Positions 61,040 through 64,000 of a DNA stretch of 64,000 nt are shown here, in pieces (the stretch's first letter is position 1; each line of letters begins with the position of its first letter). Made by a program: the position numbers and the translations under genes. Source of the stretch: Paraspadella gotoi (lineage: Eukaryota; Animalia; Chaetognatha); assembly GCA_051294375.1 (NCBI GenBank), contig CM119265.1:3035256-3099255 (forward strand), given 5' to 3'. The notes beneath the pieces are model-generated. The model was not told where the DNA came from and ran no database searches. It saw nothing but the letters and a program-made list of their open reading frames with translations.

Positions 61040-63750
61040 ATGGACGCGTTTTTATCGCCGATTTCCGGCAGCGGCGCCGCGTCACCCTGCTGCTGCTGCG
61101 ATAACGTCGACCGCGTAGGTCAGTATAATTGTCTCGCCTCCTGACGAGATTTCAGTTAGTCAGTTTGTGTGACTGTACTATGTTCATTGTACAATTGTAC
61201 GTATATCTTGCACTTAGTCGGTTTAATTATGTACTTCGGCATGGCCGTTTGGCCTGTTAACTTTTTTTTGTTAGCAAAGTATTTAAATACCTTTTTAGAA
61301 TTTGATTTCTAAAATATATTAAATTAATAGGCAGACATAAATATTTCCCAATAAAATTGAACCAAGTTTCTCATTGCAGATTGCTTATTCTTCTATAAAA
61401 ATAAATTACCTTCTTTATATCTTACGGCAGAAGTTTCTAACCGCCTTGAGGGAATTCGCAAATCCTCGATACTGCAATACACAAGGTGAGATACATATAT
61501 TACAAATTAATTATTAACTATAATGTTATATATTTTCTCTCACTTCAGCCACGACTATCGAGTTGAACTCATCGAAAATTCTAAAGGAAGCAAAGAGGAG
61601 AAGAGACAAAAGCCAAATCGGTGAGACGCAGTTGTTCTTGGGTAGNNNNNNNNNNAGGGGGGTGTGAGGGGCGACATGGCCTTGGATTTTTAATTGCTTG
61701 TTCGATAAAACTGTTTTCTTTAGAACATTTTTAATTCTACCCAATTTCACTTAAATTTCATTATATTATGGGACTGTACTTTAAAATGTGGTAAAAGACA
61801 CGAGAGAGACAATGGGTACGGATGTCCGGCTCAGATGTCAGATGTCGTATATCGCGTGATGCATATTGTATTAGCCATATCGTCAGTTTAATCACAAAAA
61901 CGACTTATTTTCTCGGCGTATGGTAAACTTAGATATTAAATGATCAACTTAATTAAACATTTAAACTATGGTGGACTAATCATCATATTGAATGGTTCTT
62001 TCACTAACACATAACAATTATCACTGTCTCTTCAAAACGATAATTCAGATGGAGGAAGCGGACTCTCTCGTACGGAGCATCGAATCATCAGTTTGACGAT
62101 TGCAATGTTATCGACGCCGAGGAGGAAATGGAGGCAGCGGTGGAGGAAAGGAAAGAGGAAGGAAAGGAAGGAAAGGAGACCGAGGGAAAGAGAATAGGTG
62201 AGTCGTTTAGTTCAATTGTTTGGATGAAATTAATTAATTAAGTGAATAATTATATTTGCAGTCTCCATTGTAGACTTGTGTAGAGTGTAGATTGTAGAGT
62301 TGTTGATGTAAACAATCACTAGAAATCACTTAATCTAAGAAGCCTTTCTTGGGGCCCGTCTTACGGTAACAGCGAATCTGAGACAGCAAAGCTCATTGTT
62401 AAATTGTTAGCGCTTCAAAAATCTCCCTTAATCTCCCACAATCCATTTCTAATCTTAACCCCCCACGATTTCCTTTTCCCCAAGACGATGCGGACAGACT
62501 TCGTCGTCGTCTCTCTCTCTCCAAGACGACGATGCTGACGTGTTACGTCGTCGCCATCGTCGTCGCTATCGTCGTCGTCGTCGCACCAGTTCCGGTCGGA
62601 GGCGACGCGACTCCAACGACCGAAGATGAGTTGAGGTGAGGATGTGGATATTCGGGATGTGGTTCTGTGGGGGAGAGTGTGGGCGTAGGATGTGGTTGTG
62701 GAAAGATATGAGGATGTACAATTGTACACGTATCAATTTAATTCATTTACAAGCTAATTTAGGGCTCTATTTTCCAAAGGCGCCAAATTTTTTTGATTAA
62801 TCCCTGAACTTAATTTTTAACCCAAATCTCTAACCAAATAGTATATAAACCAATTCCTGACCTTAATTACCCAATCCTATCCCTTAACCTTAATTCCTAA
62901 TGTGTAACCAAAACTCTAATCCTTAAATTCTTAACCTAATCTCAAACTTTAATCATTAACTTTAATTCTTCACCCTTAACTTAATCTTTAAACTTAAAAA
63001 CTTGGTTAATTCTGAATTTCAGCTGAAATTGGGCACTTTTGGAAAATATGGCCGTTATTTGAGACTATATAAAAACCACAATGACGGCCACAGTGACCCT
63101 GTTCCATCCAACTTACATCTTCGTCCTAGACCACTTTTTCCACATTGTTAATGTTATTATTATTATTATTGCGGATTCAACCGATGGGAAAGCATTAGAG
63201 AGCTTCGGACTTTATTTGGTTACTGTGATATTATTACCATGTTTAACCAGCGTAAAAAGAACTTTATTTCCAAGATCTATAGTTCGAAAAATTTAGTTCT
63301 CAAAAAAATAATCGCATTCTTTAATGATTGAAATATATTAATTGATAATTTGGACCTTTGTTGTCTGTGGTGGTGGTTTTCACGCAATCTTTAACTTTGT
63401 TTTGTTTTTAGACTTAGCTTTTTTGATGCTCCCTGTATGTACTGAATCAACCTTGTTGAATTCGAAATAAAACGCATTATTATTATTATTATTATTACTA
63501 ACTAAATTATCATTATCCTCTTCCAGATTCGACGCGGACGCCGAAGAGGCCGATTCGCGCCGCAGTCAAATCTCCATCTCGGTGGCGTTGCCCGTCGGCG
63601 CCCACGCGGCGCTGCCCTGCGCCGTCGCCGCCCGGGAACACCGTGCCGGGCCACGAAGGCGCGCGGCTGAAGTGGGTCAAACGGGCGGCGGGCTCAAGCG
63701 GGTCTTGGTGGCGAGGGGGAACACATCGAGGTGGACAACTGGGAGAACAG
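61040..63750 (+). CDS. Membrane/secreted protein with an Ig-like domain, 3' end beyond the window (exons 61040-61118, 61431-61485, 61549-61620, 62049-62197, 62485-62635, 63527-63750)
   Basis: Six GT-AG exons join in phase without stops. Hydrophobic MLTCYVVAIVVAIVVVVAPVP is followed by VALPVGAHAALPC..(RLKWVK in a shifted frame)..VLVARG, an Ig V-set-like pattern. Confidence 0.62.
61968..62035 (+). mobile_element. Family A internally deleted remnant (both ends present, tRNA module absent)
   Basis: ATGGTGGACTAA is joined within a few nt to ATATTGAATGGTTCTTTCACTAACACATAAC..CTGTCTCTTCAAA. Confidence 0.65.
62763..63054. mobile_element. MITE-like element with ~27-bp imperfect TIRs and a degenerate (CCTAA/TAACC)-rich interior
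   Basis: GGCTCTATTTTCCAAAGGCGCCAAATT ... AATTGGGCACTTTTGGAAAATATGGCC. Confidence 0.65.
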
Positions 63751-64000
63751 GTGTGGGTTTTGTGGGGGGGGTTGGTGGTTGTGGTGGTGGGAGTGGGAAG
63801 TGGGTAATGGAGTGATTGTGAAACGTGGTTGTGGATTAATTGCGGGGGGGGAGTTGGTACTGAGGAATTAGTGACTGTGGGATGTGGGTATGAAGCGAGT
63901 ATGTCGTGGCGGGACCCACGTATCTGCATGTGAAACGGGACTGCTACCGGCACGCATGGGGTGATGAAAACCATGAAATACGGTGAAATTAAACTTTTTA

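Overview
Eukaryotic (invertebrate animal-like) draft-assembly window with GC-rich exons, AT-rich GT-AG introns, many (CT)n microsatellites and three 10-N gaps. Spliced genes were reconstructed by hand. On the + strand: a large coiled-coil protein, mitoguardin (MIGA/FAM73), a 373-aa myristoylated acidic protein with MARCKS-like architecture, profilin, ZNF277, OSGEPL1, ATP synthase subunit b, a fibrinogen-domain gene and a TM+Ig-like gene running off the right edge. On the - strand: a small 8-Cys secreted/GPI-type protein. There is a tRNA-Pro/Asp/Ser cluster at 49.2-49.9 kb. The most interesting signals are (i) a dispersed ~220-260 bp multi-hairpin element family whose stems covary between copies, (ii) a family carrying a tRNA-like module behind a terminal hairpin, (iii) the MARCKS-like gene next to profilin, and (iv) a possible operon-like ZNF277-OSGEPL1-ATP5PB run. 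Gene identities rest on recalled family motifs, not database searches. Some apparent frameshifts are probably homopolymer assembly errors.
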